A stretch of 64,000 nucleotides of DNA, taken from assembly GCA_044870245.1 (NCBI GenBank), contig JBIOYR010000016.1, forward strand, positions 16,817-80,816. Direction: 5' to 3'. The stretch's first letter is position 1, and every line of letters begins with the position of its first letter. A program made the position numbers and the translations under genes. Shown piece after piece: positions 48,240-58,087 of this stretch. This stretch comes from Aestuariivirgaceae bacterium. GTDB taxonomy: Bacteria; Pseudomonadota; Alphaproteobacteria; Rhizobiales; Aestuariivirgaceae. The notes below the pieces were generated by a model. The model had not been told where the DNA came from. It did not search any database and saw only the letters and a list, made by a program, of their open reading frames with translations.

Positions 48240-49868
48240 ATGACAACTGCTTATGATATCGACCTGGACAAAACCGGCGCGAATTATCAACCGCTGACGC
48301 CGCTGACCTTTCTCGAGCGCTCCGCCAAGGTCTATCCCGACCATACGGCGATCATCCATGGGTCGCTCCGGCGCAACTACCGTTCGTTCTATGCACGCTC
48401 GCGGCAACTGGCATCGGCGCTCGTCAGGCGCGGCATCGGCAAGGGCGACACCGTTTCGGTTCTGCTCGCCAATGCGCCGCCAATGCTCGAATGCCATTAC
48501 GGGGTGCCGATGGCGGGTGCGGTGCTCAACACGCTCAACACCCGCCTCGATGCCGCGGTCATCGCCTTCTCGCTGGATCATGCCGCGAGCAAGCTCTTCA
48601 TCGTCGATCGCGAGTTCTCGAGCGTCGCGGCAAAGGCGCTGACGATGACGCGGTCGGCAAAACCGATCGTGATCCATGCCGATGAGCGCGAGTTCGAAGT
48701 TCAGGGCGAGCTGATCGGCGAGATCGATTACGAGGATTTCCTGCGCAGCGGCGATCCCGATTACGACTGGCCGATGCCGGATGACGAATGGAACGCGATC
48801 TCGCTCAACTACACGTCGGGAACCACAGGCGACCCCAAGGGCGTGGTGTATCACCATCGCGGCGCTTATCTCCTGGCGCAGGGCAATGTCATCACGGCAG
48901 CGATGAAGAAGCATCCGGTCTATTTGTGGACATTGCCGATGTTCCACTGCAATGGCTGGTGCTTTCCCTGGACGATGTCGGTGATCGGCGGCACGCATGT
49001 GTGCCTGCGTTGGGTCCGCACCAAGGCGATCTGGCAGGCGCTTGCCGAGCATCGGGTGACGCATCTTTGCGGCGCGCCGATCGTGATGTCGACCATTCTT
49101 GGCGCGCCGGCGCAGGACAAGCGGCCGCTCAGCCTCGCGGTCGAGTTCTTCACGGCGGCGGCGCCACCGCCCGAGGCGGTGCTGGCGGCGATGGCGGAGG
49201 CAGGCTTCAACGTCACCCATCTCTACGGGCTGACCGAGACCTATGGGCCGGCGGTGGTCAATGACTGGAAGGAAGACTGGTCGAGCCTCGCCTCGCCTGA
49301 GCGGGCAGCGCTCAAGGCGCGCCAAGGCGTGCGCTATTGCGCTCTCGAGGATCTGGCGGTGCTCGAGCCCGAGACCATGGAGCGGGTGCCGGCGGACGGC
49401 GCGACAATGGGCGAAGTGATGTTCCGCGGCAATGTGGTGATGAAGGGCTATCTCAAAAACAGGACCGCGACCGAGGCGGCGTTCCGGGGCGGCTGGTTCC
49501 ATTCCGGCGATCTCGGGGTGCTGCATCCCGATGGCTATATCCAGCTCAAGGACCGCTCCAAGGACATCATCATCTCGGGCGGCGAGAACATCTCATCGAT
49601 CGAGGTCGAGGATGCGCTTTACAAGCACCCGGCGGTCGCCACGGCCGCAGTGGTGGCCAAGCCCGACGAGAAATGGGGCGAGTGTCCCTGCGCCTTCATC
49701 GAGCTCAAGGCGGGTGCTACGGCGAGCGCCGAGGAGCTCATCGAATGGTGCCGTGAGCGGCTCGCCCGGTTCAAGGTGCCACGGCATGTGGTGTTCGCCG
49801 AGCTGCCGAAGACCTCGACGGGCAAGATCCAGAAGTTCCGCTTGCGCGAGATGGCAAAGGCCGTGTGA
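48240..49868 (+). CDS. AMP-dependent acyl-CoA synthetase (medium-chain type)
   Basis: YTSGTTGDPKGV, GLTETYG, SGGENISSIEVE, LPKTSTGKIQKF. Confidence 0.85.
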   Translation: MTTAYDIDLDKTGANYQPLTPLTFLERSAKVYPDHTAIIHGSLRRNYRSFYARSRQLASALVRRGIGKGDTVSVLLANAPPMLECHYGVPMAGAVLNTLNTRLDAAVIAFSLDHAASKLFIVDREFSSVAAKALTMTRSAKPIVIHADEREFEVQGELIGEIDYEDFLRSGDPDYDWPMPDDEWNAISLNYTSGTTGDPKGVVYHHRGAYLLAQGNVITAAMKKHPVYLWTLPMFHCNGWCFPWTMSVIGGTHVCLRWVRTKAIWQALAEHRVTHLCGAPIVMSTILGAPAQDKRPLSLAVEFFTAAAPPPEAVLAAMAEAGFNVTHLYGLTETYGPAVVNDWKEDWSSLASPERAALKARQGVRYCALEDLAVLEPETMERVPADGATMGEVMFRGNVVMKGYLKNRTATEAAFRGGWFHSGDLGVLHPDGYIQLKDRSKDIIISGGENISSIEVEDALYKHPAVATAAVVAKPDEKWGECPCAFIELKAGATASAEELIEWCRERLARFKVPRHVVFAELPKTSTGKIQKFRLREMAKAV

Positions 49869-49986
49869 GGCGGCGGATGGTCGCGGACTTGGTTAACGCG
49901 CCTTGAAAATGCACACGCCGCCGGATGGGGACCAGCGGCGCATCAGCAGGGACCTCGGTGCAGCAAATGCACCTGTCGCCTTTCGG

Positions 49987-50166
49987 TCAGTGTCGCGAGA
50001 GCTGCGACTCCAAGCGAATCATTTCATCCTTAAGCTTCAGCTTCTTTCGCTTCAGTTCCGCGATCTCCTGGTCGGACGAGCTTGGGTGCGAAAGCGCATC
50101 CTGAAGTTCGCTCTCCAGAGCCTTGTGCTTGGCTGCGAGTTCGCTCAGATGCGATTGAAGTGACAT
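49987..50166 (-). CDS. DUF465 (YdcH-like) small protein
   Basis: 59 aa, MSLQSHLSELAAKHKALESEL...EIAELKRKKLKLKDEM. GGAGG lies 7 nt upstream of ATG 50166. The rest of the 156-aa ORF is discarded. Confidence 0.75.
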   Translation of the reverse strand: MSLQSHLSELAAKHKALESELQDALSHPSSSDQEIAELKRKKLKLKDEMIRLESQLSRH

Positions 50167-50344
50167 CAGGTTTCCTCCACGATGGATGACCCACGGATCA
50201 ACTGTGACACATCCGCAACGAAATGTCGAACGTGCCGTGACGAACCCGACCTTAGCGTGCAACCTTGCGACAAAATCGCGAGAAGGTTCTTGATTCGGCT
50301 GTCGTCCGTCACGACAATGACGGAACATAGCGAGTGAAAGCGCC

Positions 50345-50560
50345 ATGAATGTGCCGCTGGAACTTACCCCGGATGAGCTGCGCGCAAAAATCGCTGGATT
50401 GAAGCAGCACCATCGCGATCTCGACGCTGCGATCGAGTCGCTCGAGCGCTCCGGCATTGCCGATCAGCTGCAGCTCAGGCGCCTGAAGAAGCAGAAATTA
50501 ACCTTAAAGGACCAGATCACGCTGCTGGAGAGCCAGCTGCTCCCTGATATCATCGCGTAA
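50345..50560 (+). CDS. DUF465 (YdcH-like) small protein
   Basis: 71 aa, LKQHHRDLDAAIE...QLRRLKKQKLTLKDQI. Confidence 0.75.
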   Translation: MNVPLELTPDELRAKIAGLKQHHRDLDAAIESLERSGIADQLQLRRLKKQKLTLKDQITLLESQLLPDIIA

Positions 50561-50640
50561 TTTCAGCGCGTTAATCGGATGCCTGATTGCATCGCATCGG
50601 CCACAACCTATAATCCATAGGCTTGCGAAGGGAGTTCATC

Positions 50641-51141
50641 TTGACCACCGAGCAAGCCGTGCCGATCGCCATCATCATGGGCAGCCAGTCGGACTGGCAG
50701 ACCATGCGCCACGCCGCCAGCCTCTTGAGCGAGCTTGCGATCCCGCATGAGGCGCGCATCATCTCGGCGCATCGCACGCCGGATCGGCTCTATGATTTCG
50801 CCAAGAATGCGGCAGCGCAGGGTTTCCGCGTGATCATCGCCGGCGCCGGCGGAGCAGCGCATCTCCCCGGCATGACGGCAGCGCTCACCTCGCTTCCGGT
50901 TCTCGGGGTGCCGATGGAGACCCAGACATTCGGCGGCAAGGACAGCCTGCTGTCGATCGTCCAGATGCCGGCCGGGGTGCCAGTCGGGACGCTCGCGGTC
51001 GGCAAGGCCGGAGCGGTCAATGCGGCACTGCTGGCGGCGCGCATCCTGGCGCTCGGCGATGCCGCCCTCGCCGAGCGGCTGGCAAATTGGTCGGGGCAGC
51101 AGACGGGTGCGGTGGGGCTCAGGCCGGATGATGAATTCTGA
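50641..51141 (+). CDS. purE: 5-(carboxyamino)imidazole ribonucleotide mutase
   Basis: [11 protein letters not shown]...ISAHRTP...[13 protein letters not shown] 50641 is preceded by AAGGGAG and is preferred over the TTG 50623 of the track. Confidence 0.92.
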   Translation: MTTEQAVPIAIIMGSQSDWQTMRHAASLLSELAIPHEARIISAHRTPDRLYDFAKNAAAQGFRVIIAGAGGAAHLPGMTAALTSLPVLGVPMETQTFGGKDSLLSIVQMPAGVPVGTLAVGKAGAVNAALLAARILALGDAALAERLANWSGQQTGAVGLRPDDEF

Positions 51142-52222
51142 AATGCCGCTCAAGCCCGGCGCCGTGATCGGGATTCTCGGCGGCGGGCAGCTCGGCCGCA
51201 TGCTGGCGCTGGCGGCGGCGCGCCTTGGTTTTCGGTGCCATATCTACGCGCCAAAGGGCGACAACCCGGCATTCGAGGTCGCGCATCAGGCGACCGAGGC
51301 GGCCTATGACGACAGTTCGGCGCTCGCCGCCTTCGCCCGCTCGGTCGCGGTCGCGACCTATGAGTTCGAGAATGTTCCGGTCGATGCGGCAAAGGCGGTG
51401 GCAGCGCTTTCTTCACTTGCGCCAGGCGCCAATGTCCTCGAGGTCACCCAGGATCGTTTGCTGGAGAAAAGCTTCGTGCGCGACCGCGGCCTCGGGGTCG
51501 CAAACTTCCTGCCGGTGTCATCCGCCGAGGCGCTCGAGCTGGCGCTGGCGCAGATCGGCCGGCCGGCGGTCCTGAAGTCGCGGCGGATGGGCTATGACGG
51601 CAAGGGCCAGGCGGTGATCAGGTCGGGCGATGATCCCGGGCAGGCGTTTCGGAGCATTGGCGGGGTTCCGGCAATCCTCGAAGCCTTTGTTCCTTTCGCG
51701 GCCGAGATCTCGGTCATTGCGGCGCGGGGGCGCAACGGCTCCCTTGCGGCTTATGACGTTCCGCAGAACCATCACCGCGGCGGCATATTGCGAAGCTCGG
51801 TGGTGCCGGCGGCGATCAGTGCCGCGACGGCAGACGCTGCCAAGGCGATGGCGATGCGGCTGATGGCGGAGCTCGATTATGTGGGGGTGATGGCAACGGA
51901 GATGTTCCTGGTCGATGATCAGGGGCGCGACCTGCTGCTGGTCAACGAGATCGCCCCCAGGGTCCACAATTCCGGCCATTGGACGATCGATGCCTGCACG
52001 GTCTCGCAGTTCGAGCAGCACATTCGCGCGATTGCCGGCTGGCCGCTCGGCAATCCGGCCCGCCACAGCGATGCCGTCATGGAGAATCTGATCGGTGAGG
52101 AGGTCGAGCGCTGGCCGGCGCTCCTGGCCGAACCCCGGCTGGCGCTCCACCTCTACGGCAAATCCGAGACACGGCGGGGAAGAAAAATGGGGCATTTTAC
52201 GCGCCTTATATGCAGCGTATGA
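51128..52222 (+). CDS. purK: 5-(carboxyamino)imidazole ribonucleotide synthase
   Basis: [16 protein letters not shown]-grasp [20 protein letters not shown]. The start (51128, 51131 or 51143) overlaps the purE 3' end. Confidence 0.9.
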   Translation: MMNSEMPLKPGAVIGILGGGQLGRMLALAAARLGFRCHIYAPKGDNPAFEVAHQATEAAYDDSSALAAFARSVAVATYEFENVPVDAAKAVAALSSLAPGANVLEVTQDRLLEKSFVRDRGLGVANFLPVSSAEALELALAQIGRPAVLKSRRMGYDGKGQAVIRSGDDPGQAFRSIGGVPAILEAFVPFAAEISVIAARGRNGSLAAYDVPQNHHRGGILRSSVVPAAISAATADAAKAMAMRLMAELDYVGVMATEMFLVDDQGRDLLLVNEIAPRVHNSGHWTIDACTVSQFEQHIRAIAGWPLGNPARHSDAVMENLIGEEVERWPALLAEPRLALHLYGKSETRRGRKMGHFTRLICSV

Positions 52223-52378
52223 CATGTCCAGTGGACAAAAGGGGACGATTCTGGTATCAGCGGCACAGGATTCGGGGGCGGCTTCGGCCGCTCTCGTGGT
52301 CTGTGCGCCTCGAAGAAGGCAGCAGGCCATGCCAGGAATATCGAACATCACAGGTCCAACACGCGAGGTCATAGGCTC

Positions 52379-52627
52379 GTGCAGGTTATCGTTCGCGACA
52401 ACAACGTCGATCAGGCGCTCAAGGCCCTCAAGAAAAAGATGCAGCGCGAGGGCATCTTCCGCGAGATGAAGCTCCGCGGTCATTATGAAAAACCATCCGA
52501 GAAGCGGGCGCGCGAGAAAGCAGAAGCGATCCGCCGGGCCCGCAAGCTGGCACGCAAGCGTGCCCAGCGCGAGAGCGGCGTGCCCCAGAAGCCGGCGGCA
52601 GCCCGCCCGGCGGCACCGCCGCGGTAA
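52379..52627 (+). CDS. rpsU: 30S ribosomal protein S21
   Basis: GTG start. [31 protein letters not shown]...YEKPSEKR. Confidence 0.9.
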   Translation: MQVIVRDNNVDQALKALKKKMQREGIFREMKLRGHYEKPSEKRAREKAEAIRRARKLARKRAQRESGVPQKPAAARPAAPPR

Positions 52628-54025
52628 TTACAACGCCTTGATGATGCTCTCCACCATCTTCTTGGCATCGCCGAGAAGCATCATCGTGTTGTCGCGGTAG
52701 AACAGGCTGTTGTCGATGCCGGCATAGCCCGAGGCCAGCGAGCGCTTGACGAACATCACGGTCTTGGCCTTCCAGACCTCGAGCACCGGCATGCCGTAGA
52801 TCGGCGATTGCGGATCCTCCTTGGCCGCCGGGTTGGTGACGTCATTGGCGCCGATGACGAAGACGATGTCGGTGTTGGCGAATTCCGAGTTGATGTCCTC
52901 GAGCTCGAAGACCTCGTCATAGGGGACATTGGCCTCGGCGAGCAGCACGTTCATGTGGCCCGGCATGCGGCCGGCAACCGGATGGATGGCGTATTTGACG
53001 CTCACCCCCTTGCTCTTGAGGTGGTCGGCGAGCTCGCGCAGCGCATGCTGGGCCTGGGCGACCGCCATGCCATAGCCCGGCACGATGATGGCGGAGCCGG
53101 CATTGCCCATCATATAGGCGGCATCGTCGGCCGAGCCGAGCTTGACCGGCCGGTCGGCGCCGGCGCCCTGGGCCGGGCCTGCCACCTCGCCGCCGAAACC
53201 GCCGAGGATCACCGAGATGAAGGAGCGGTTCATCCCTCTGCACATGATGTAGGAGAGGATGGCGCCGGAGGAGCCGACGAGGGCGCCGGTGACGATCAGC
53301 GCCGTGTTCTGGAGCGTGAAGCCGATGCCCGCGGCCGCCCAGCCGGAATAGGAGTTGAGCATCGACACCACCACCGGCATGTCGGCGCCGCCGATCGGAA
53401 TGATGATGAGGACGCCGATCGCGAAGGCGAGGAGCACGATCAGCCAGAACAGACCCGGGCTGCCGGTGCTGAGGAAGGCGATGATGAGCAGGACCAGCAG
53501 GATGCCGAGCGCCAGGTTGACGAGATGCTGGCCGCGGAACACCACCGGGGCACCCGACACCAGCCCCTGCAGCTTGGTGAAGGCGACGATCGAGCCAGTG
53601 AAGGTGACGGCGCCGATGGCGGCGCCGAGAGCCATCTCGACCAGGCTCGCGCGGTGGATATGGCCGACCTCACCAATGCCGAAGGCCTGCGGCGCGTAGA
53701 GAGCGGCGGCGGCCACGAACACCGCGGCAAGGCCGACCAGCGAATGGAAGGCGGCGACGAGCTGCGGCATGGCCGTCATGGCGATGCGACGGGCGATCAC
53801 CGCGCCGACACCGCCGCCGAGCCCGAGGCCGATCAAGATCATCAGGCTGGTCGAGACGCTGGCGGGCGGCACGGCGAGCAGCGTCGTCACGATGGCGATC
53901 GCCATGCCGGTCATGCCGAGAATGTTGCCGCGGCGCGAGGTTGCCGGATGCGACAGGCCGTTCAGCGCCAGGATGAACAGGACGCCGGAAACGAGATAGA
54001 GAAGCGCGATCAGGTTCGCCGACAT
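52628..54025 (-). CDS. pntB: NAD(P) transhydrogenase subunit beta
   Basis: 465 aa. Multi-TM N-terminal part and the dIII domain (GYGMAVAQAQH...HPVAGRMPGHMNVLLAEA). Confidence 0.95.
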   Translation of the reverse strand: MSANLIALLYLVSGVLFILALNGLSHPATSRRGNILGMTGMAIAIVTTLLAVPPASVSTSLMILIGLGLGGGVGAVIARRIAMTAMPQLVAAFHSLVGLAAVFVAAAALYAPQAFGIGEVGHIHRASLVEMALGAAIGAVTFTGSIVAFTKLQGLVSGAPVVFRGQHLVNLALGILLVLLIIAFLSTGSPGLFWLIVLLAFAIGVLIIIPIGGADMPVVVSMLNSYSGWAAAGIGFTLQNTALIVTGALVGSSGAILSYIMCRGMNRSFISVILGGFGGEVAGPAQGAGADRPVKLGSADDAAYMMGNAGSAIIVPGYGMAVAQAQHALRELADHLKSKGVSVKYAIHPVAGRMPGHMNVLLAEANVPYDEVFELEDINSEFANTDIVFVIGANDVTNPAAKEDPQSPIYGMPVLEVWKAKTVMFVKRSLASGYAGIDNSLFYRDNTMMLLGDAKKMVESIIKAL

Positions 54026-54034
54026 CGCCTGCCC

Positions 54035-54478
54035 TCATCCCTTCCTGCGGTACATGCCGAGCATGCGCTGGGTGACGAGGAAGCCGCCGAAGATGTTGAC
54101 GGAGGCCAGCACCAGCGCCAGGAAGCCGAAGGTGGCGGAGACGCCCGAGGCGGAAGCGACGGCGGCCGATCCGATGGCGAGGAGCGCGCCGACGACGATC
54201 ACCGAGGAGATGGCATTGGTGACCGACATCAGCGGCGTGTGAAGCGCCGGGGTGACCGACCACACCACGAAATAGCCGACGAATATCGCAAGCACGAAGA
54301 TCGTCAATTGAAAGACGAAGGGATCGATGCCGGCAACCGCGGCGCCGGCACGGCCGGCTTCGCTGGCGATCAGCATGGCCTGATCGGCGAAGGTCTGGGC
54401 CTTTTCGGCCGCATTGCGTGCGGCTTCAGCGGCGATCTCGGCCTGGCGGGCCGCCTCGTCCACGGTCAATTGTGCCAT
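54035..54478 (-). CDS. pntAB: NAD(P) transhydrogenase subunit alpha, part 2 (membrane)
   Basis: 147 aa. [27 protein letters not shown] motif. Lies between pntAA and pntB. Confidence 0.85.
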   Translation of the reverse strand: MAQLTVDEAARQAEIAAEAARNAAEKAQTFADQAMLIASEAGRAGAAVAGIDPFVFQLTIFVLAIFVGYFVVWSVTPALHTPLMSVTNAISSVIVVGALLAIGSAAVASASGVSATFGFLALVLASVNIFGGFLVTQRMLGMYRRKG

Positions 54479-54491
54479 TTGGTGCTCCCCT

Positions 54492-55616
54492 TCAGGCAGC
54501 GGATTTCAGGGTGGAATGGACGATGTCCCCGTCGCGCGCTATGGCGCAGCCGGCGATGACCTCGTCGTTCCAGTCGATGCTCACGCCGCCGTCCTTGATG
54601 ACGAGATCGAGGAAGTTCTGCAGGTTTCTGGCATAGAGCGCCGAGGCGTTGCCAGCGAGGCTGGAGGCGGCGTTGGCCAGCCCGATGATGATGACACCAT
54701 CATGCACCACCACATCGCCCGGTCGCGACAGCGGGCAGTTGCCGCCGCGCTCGACGGCGAGATCGACGATGATCGAGCCGGGCTTCATGGTCTCGACCAT
54801 CTCGTTGGTCACGAGCACCGGCGCCGGGCGGCCGGGAATCAGGGCGGTGGTGATGACCACGTCCTGACCCTTGATGTGCTCCGCCACCAGGGCGGCCTGG
54901 CGCTGCTGATCCTCGCGCGACAGCTCGCGGGCGTAGCCGGCAGCCGTCGAGGCATCGGCGAGACCTTCGACGAAGACGAATTTCGCCCCGAGGCTCTGAA
55001 CCTGCTCGCCAGCGGCGGCCCGCACGTCGGTGGCCGAGACGACCGCGCCGAGGCGGCGGGCGGTGGCGATGGCCTGGAGCCCGGCGACGCCGGCACCCAT
55101 GACAAAGACGCGGGCGGCAGGAACCGTGCCGGCGGCGGTCATCATCATCGGAAAGGCGCGGGAGAAATGCGCCGCGGCATCGATCACGGCCTTGTAGCCG
55201 GCGAGATTGGCCTGCGAGGAGAGCACGTCCATCGACTGGGCGCGGGTGATGCGCGGCATCAGCTCCATGGCGAAGATGCTGGCGCCAGTCGCGGCGAGCG
55301 CCTTCATGGCGTCGCGATCGGCGAACGGATCCATCTGGCCGGCGACGACCGCGCCTTTTTTCAGAGCGGCGAGCATTGCGGCGGCCGGGCGCCTGACAGT
55401 CAGAACGATATCGGCATCGCGCAGCGCCGCTTCGGCGCTTGGCGCGATGGTGGCGCCGGCGGCGGCAAACTGGGCATCGGGGATGAAGGAGCCGCGCCCT
55501 GCCCCGGTTTCGACCGCGACGTCGGCGCCCTTGCGGACATAGGCCTTGACGGTATCCGGGGTCGCGGCCACGCGTGCCTCTCCCGGAGCCTGTTCGGCGG
55601 GAACAGCGATTTTCAT
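54492..55616 (-). CDS. pntAA: NAD(P) transhydrogenase subunit alpha, part 1 (dI, NAD(H)-binding)
   Basis: [13 protein letters not shown], Rossmann [13 protein letters not shown]. 374 aa. Confidence 0.93.
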   Translation of the reverse strand: MKIAVPAEQAPGEARVAATPDTVKAYVRKGADVAVETGAGRGSFIPDAQFAAAGATIAPSAEAALRDADIVLTVRRPAAAMLAALKKGAVVAGQMDPFADRDAMKALAATGASIFAMELMPRITRAQSMDVLSSQANLAGYKAVIDAAAHFSRAFPMMMTAAGTVPAARVFVMGAGVAGLQAIATARRLGAVVSATDVRAAAGEQVQSLGAKFVFVEGLADASTAAGYARELSREDQQRQAALVAEHIKGQDVVITTALIPGRPAPVLVTNEMVETMKPGSIIVDLAVERGGNCPLSRPGDVVVHDGVIIIGLANAASSLAGNASALYARNLQNFLDLVIKDGGVSIDWNDEVIAGCAIARDGDIVHSTLKSAA

Positions 55617-55634
55617 GAGCGGTGACCCGATGCT

Positions 55635-55931
55635 TCAGGAGATGTTGATGGCGGTGACCAGGGCAAACAGCAGCAGAGTGGCGATGGAGAACAGCCATCC
55701 GCCGCGGGCGCTCATCACGTCGATGCCGATCGCGACCATGCCGGCAACCATGCCGAGAAAACCGAGAAAGACCGCGGCACCCTTGCCGAAGCCGAACATC
55801 ACCAGCGCCACCAGGACGAAGGCGGCGGCGAGGCAAGCCATCACGGCACCCTTGATGAACGCCTCATAGGTCGCGAGATGGGCGGCATAGTTCGGATCGT
55901 CGCTCCCCGTCGGTGTGAGCTCGTCAGCCAT
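55635..55931 (-). CDS. Small membrane protein, aa3-type cytochrome oxidase subunit IV-like (COX4_pro_2)
   Basis: Start MADELTPTG (residue 14 of the ORF). HLATYEAFIKG followed by hydrophobic helices. Commonly upstream of pntA in Rhizobiales, from memory. Confidence 0.55.
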   Translation of the reverse strand: MADELTPTGSDDPNYAAHLATYEAFIKGAVMACLAAAFVLVALVMFGFGKGAAVFLGFLGMVAGMVAIGIDVMSARGGWLFSIATLLLFALVTAINIS

Positions 55932-56042
55932 GGCGTAACCCCTCGCGACCCTTGGATTTTCGGCAACCATGCGTCATCGCTTCACTGGAAGCGCAGCAAT
56001 CGTCGCATGTCAATGCGTCGGAATGGCCCCCGGTACGGAGCG

Positions 56043-56075
56043 AGGAAAACAAAGCCCCGCTGAAGGCGGGGCTTT
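56043..56075 (-). terminator. Rho-independent terminator downstream of the PemK-like gene
   Basis: AAAGCCCCGC-TGAAG-GCGGGGCTTT stem. On the minus strand it is followed by GTTTTCC. Confidence 0.6.
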
Positions 56076-56206
56076 GGACCTGACAGTATCTAGGCTTCCC
56101 ATGGCTTGTCATCACCGCTTGAGAGCCTGCCTAGCAAGCTAGGTCTTAATGCCCGACGACCGGGATACGAGACTAGAGATAAGGAAAGAAGCCGAACTTT
56201 GCAATC

Positions 56207-56614
56207 TCAATCAAGGCCTAGCCCGCACAATATAGCGTGCCGAACCCCTGCGAGGTCCTCCAATGATAGTGACGGATAGACGTATTGCCGTCGCCCAACC
56301 TTGAAAGGAGTAAGCCGATAGAGGCCAAGATTTAGCAACATGTCAGCTTTCGCCCAGCACGGTAGATCATCAGCCTCGTCCGGATGATAGTTCTTGGATA
56401 GACGATAACAGAATGGAAGATTGTGCCTTGGCGGGGTTAGGCTGATTGGAACGATCGCAGCTATTTGGGATCTATAGGGAAGTCGGGGAGAGACGACAAT
56501 AACAGGTCGCGGCTTGACCATTTCCGGTTCTTTGAAACCTGCAAAATTGCACACATAGACCTGCCCTGCTCGTGGAAAGGAAAGAAGCGCCATCGAATCT
56601 GTTCTGACAATCAC
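56207..56614 (-). CDS. PemK/MazF-superfamily toxin-like protein (solo)
   Basis: FPRAGQVYVCNFAGFKEPEMVKPRPVIVVSP...IAAIVPISLTPP...CWAKADML fits the PemK/MazF SH3-barrel pattern (G.v....F.....E..K.RP..V.S...VP.S). A/T-rich islet. Confidence 0.55.
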   Translation of the reverse strand: MIVRTDSMALLSFPRAGQVYVCNFAGFKEPEMVKPRPVIVVSPRLPYRSQIAAIVPISLTPPRHNLPFCYRLSKNYHPDEADDLPCWAKADMLLNLGLYRLTPFKVGRRQYVYPSLSLEDLAGVRHAILCGLGLD

Positions 56615-56725
56615 TCAAGTCGCTGTCCCACGAATCCGTCTTGCGACGGTTCGACCCAGTTCCATAATGATGCGGGGAAGTAGAGGCAACTAACGTTCTG
56701 TTATGTATGCATTACGACGAGAAAT

Positions 56726-58087
56726 CTACATGCCGGCAATCCCCACCCTCGCCAGGCTTGCCTCCTGCCGTGCCTTCACCGCGGCGATGTCGAAATGCTC
56801 CAGCGCCTCATTGAACAGGCGGTGGAAATTGAGCTCGGCGCGCAGGTGGATGAAGACACCGCCAAGGCCGATGGCGGCGCGGTCCATGAAGACGAATTCG
56901 CGCGGCACGCGGACCGGTCCCTTCTCCTTCAGGGCGCGGTGCACCTCAAAGGCCTGCCGGCGACCATATTGGGCGGGCGAGACGCCATCGGCGATCGAGC
57001 GCACCCGGTCCTCGAGCAGCGGCCCATAGATGAAGCGGGCCCAGATGTTGAGGATGTCGATCAGCTCGTCGTTTAGCCCCTTGAAGCCCCAGGTCTCGTA
57101 GGCGCCGACGACGCGACTGCGGTCATCGTGCAGGAGACCGCGATAGAGCTCGACGACACCCTCGACGAATTGCGCGGGGAAGATGCGGATGCAGCCGAAG
57201 TCGAGAAGGTTGAGACCGACGGGGCGACCCTCATCGTCAAGCCGGGCGCTGTAATTGCCGAGGTGGGGATCACCATGGATCACCGCATGGCTGCAAAATG
57301 GCCGCCACCAGGCCTTGAACATGGCGCGGGCCAGAACATTCCGCTCATCGAGGGTGTGCTCCTTGAAGGTGGTGAGGCGGCGGCCTTCGAGCCAGCCCAT
57401 CGTCAGGAGGCGGCGGGTCGACAGCGCATCATGGACCTGCGGCACGACGATGTCGGGCGCCCCGGCGAGCACGTCCTGATAGAGGCGGATGGCCCTCGCC
57501 TCGCGATCGTAATCGAGCTCCTCGCGCAGCCGCGCGGCGATCTCCTCGGCGATCTCGGTGGTGTCGATCGCCGGATCCATGCGGCGATGGAGCGAGAACA
57601 GCAGCTGAAGCTGGCGAAGGTCGGCCTCGACCGCCGAGGCCATGTCGGGATATTGCAGCTTCACCGCCAGAGGCTCGCCATCGAGCGAAATGGCACGATG
57701 GACCTGGCCGAGCGAGGCGGCGGCCGCCGCCTCCCGGTCGAAGCGCAGGAAATGCGCCTCCCAGTCGGGGCCGAGCTCCGCCGCCATGCGACGGCGGACG
57801 AAGGGCCAACCCATCGGCGGCGCGTGGCTCTGCAGCTTGGCGAGCTCCTCGGCATATTCCGCGGGAAGCAGATCGGGGATGGTGGCCATGAGCTGGGCCA
57901 CCTTCATCAGTGGACCCTTCAGCGAGCCCAGGGCACGACTCAGCAGCTTTGCCTCGGCCTCGAAGTCGCGGTCCGACGACATCAGCCGGCCGGCGGCAAC
58001 GCGCGCCACCGCCGTTCCCATGCCGGCGCCGACCCGGGCATAGCGCGACAGCTGACCGGCAATGCTCGGCTCGTCGCGACCCTTCAT
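56726..58087 (-). CDS. ABC1/AarF/UbiB-family atypical protein kinase
   Basis: GPLMKVAQLMATIPDLLPAEYAEELAKLQ...AAAASLGQVHRA...VAVKLQYP...HGDPHLGN. Confidence 0.85.
   Translation of the reverse strand: MKGRDEPSIAGQLSRYARVGAGMGTAVARVAAGRLMSSDRDFEAEAKLLSRALGSLKGPLMKVAQLMATIPDLLPAEYAEELAKLQSHAPPMGWPFVRRRMAAELGPDWEAHFLRFDREAAAAASLGQVHRAISLDGEPLAVKLQYPDMASAVEADLRQLQLLFSLHRRMDPAIDTTEIAEEIAARLREELDYDREARAIRLYQDVLAGAPDIVVPQVHDALSTRRLLTMGWLEGRRLTTFKEHTLDERNVLARAMFKAWWRPFCSHAVIHGDPHLGNYSARLDDEGRPVGLNLLDFGCIRIFPAQFVEGVVELYRGLLHDDRSRVVGAYETWGFKGLNDELIDILNIWARFIYGPLLEDRVRSIADGVSPAQYGRRQAFEVHRALKEKGPVRVPREFVFMDRAAIGLGGVFIHLRAELNFHRLFNEALEHFDIAAVKARQEASLARVGIAGM

Noticed and set aside
49890-49915. TTAACGCGCCTTGAA downstream of the acyl-CoA synthetase gene, considered as a CtrA box.
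   Set aside because: The second half-site is TGAA rather than TTAA, and it lies in a convergent gene-end region with no promoter to regulate.
56648-56662. GGTTCGACCCAGT resembling the T-arm segment GGTTCGATCCCAGT of tRNA-Val, considered as a tRNA-derived att remnant flanking the PemK islet.
   Set aside because: The flanking bases cannot form a T-stem or acceptor stem. Similarity is limited to about 13 nt. It also lies on the wrong side of the tRNA-Val gene to be its att duplicate. Probably chance.
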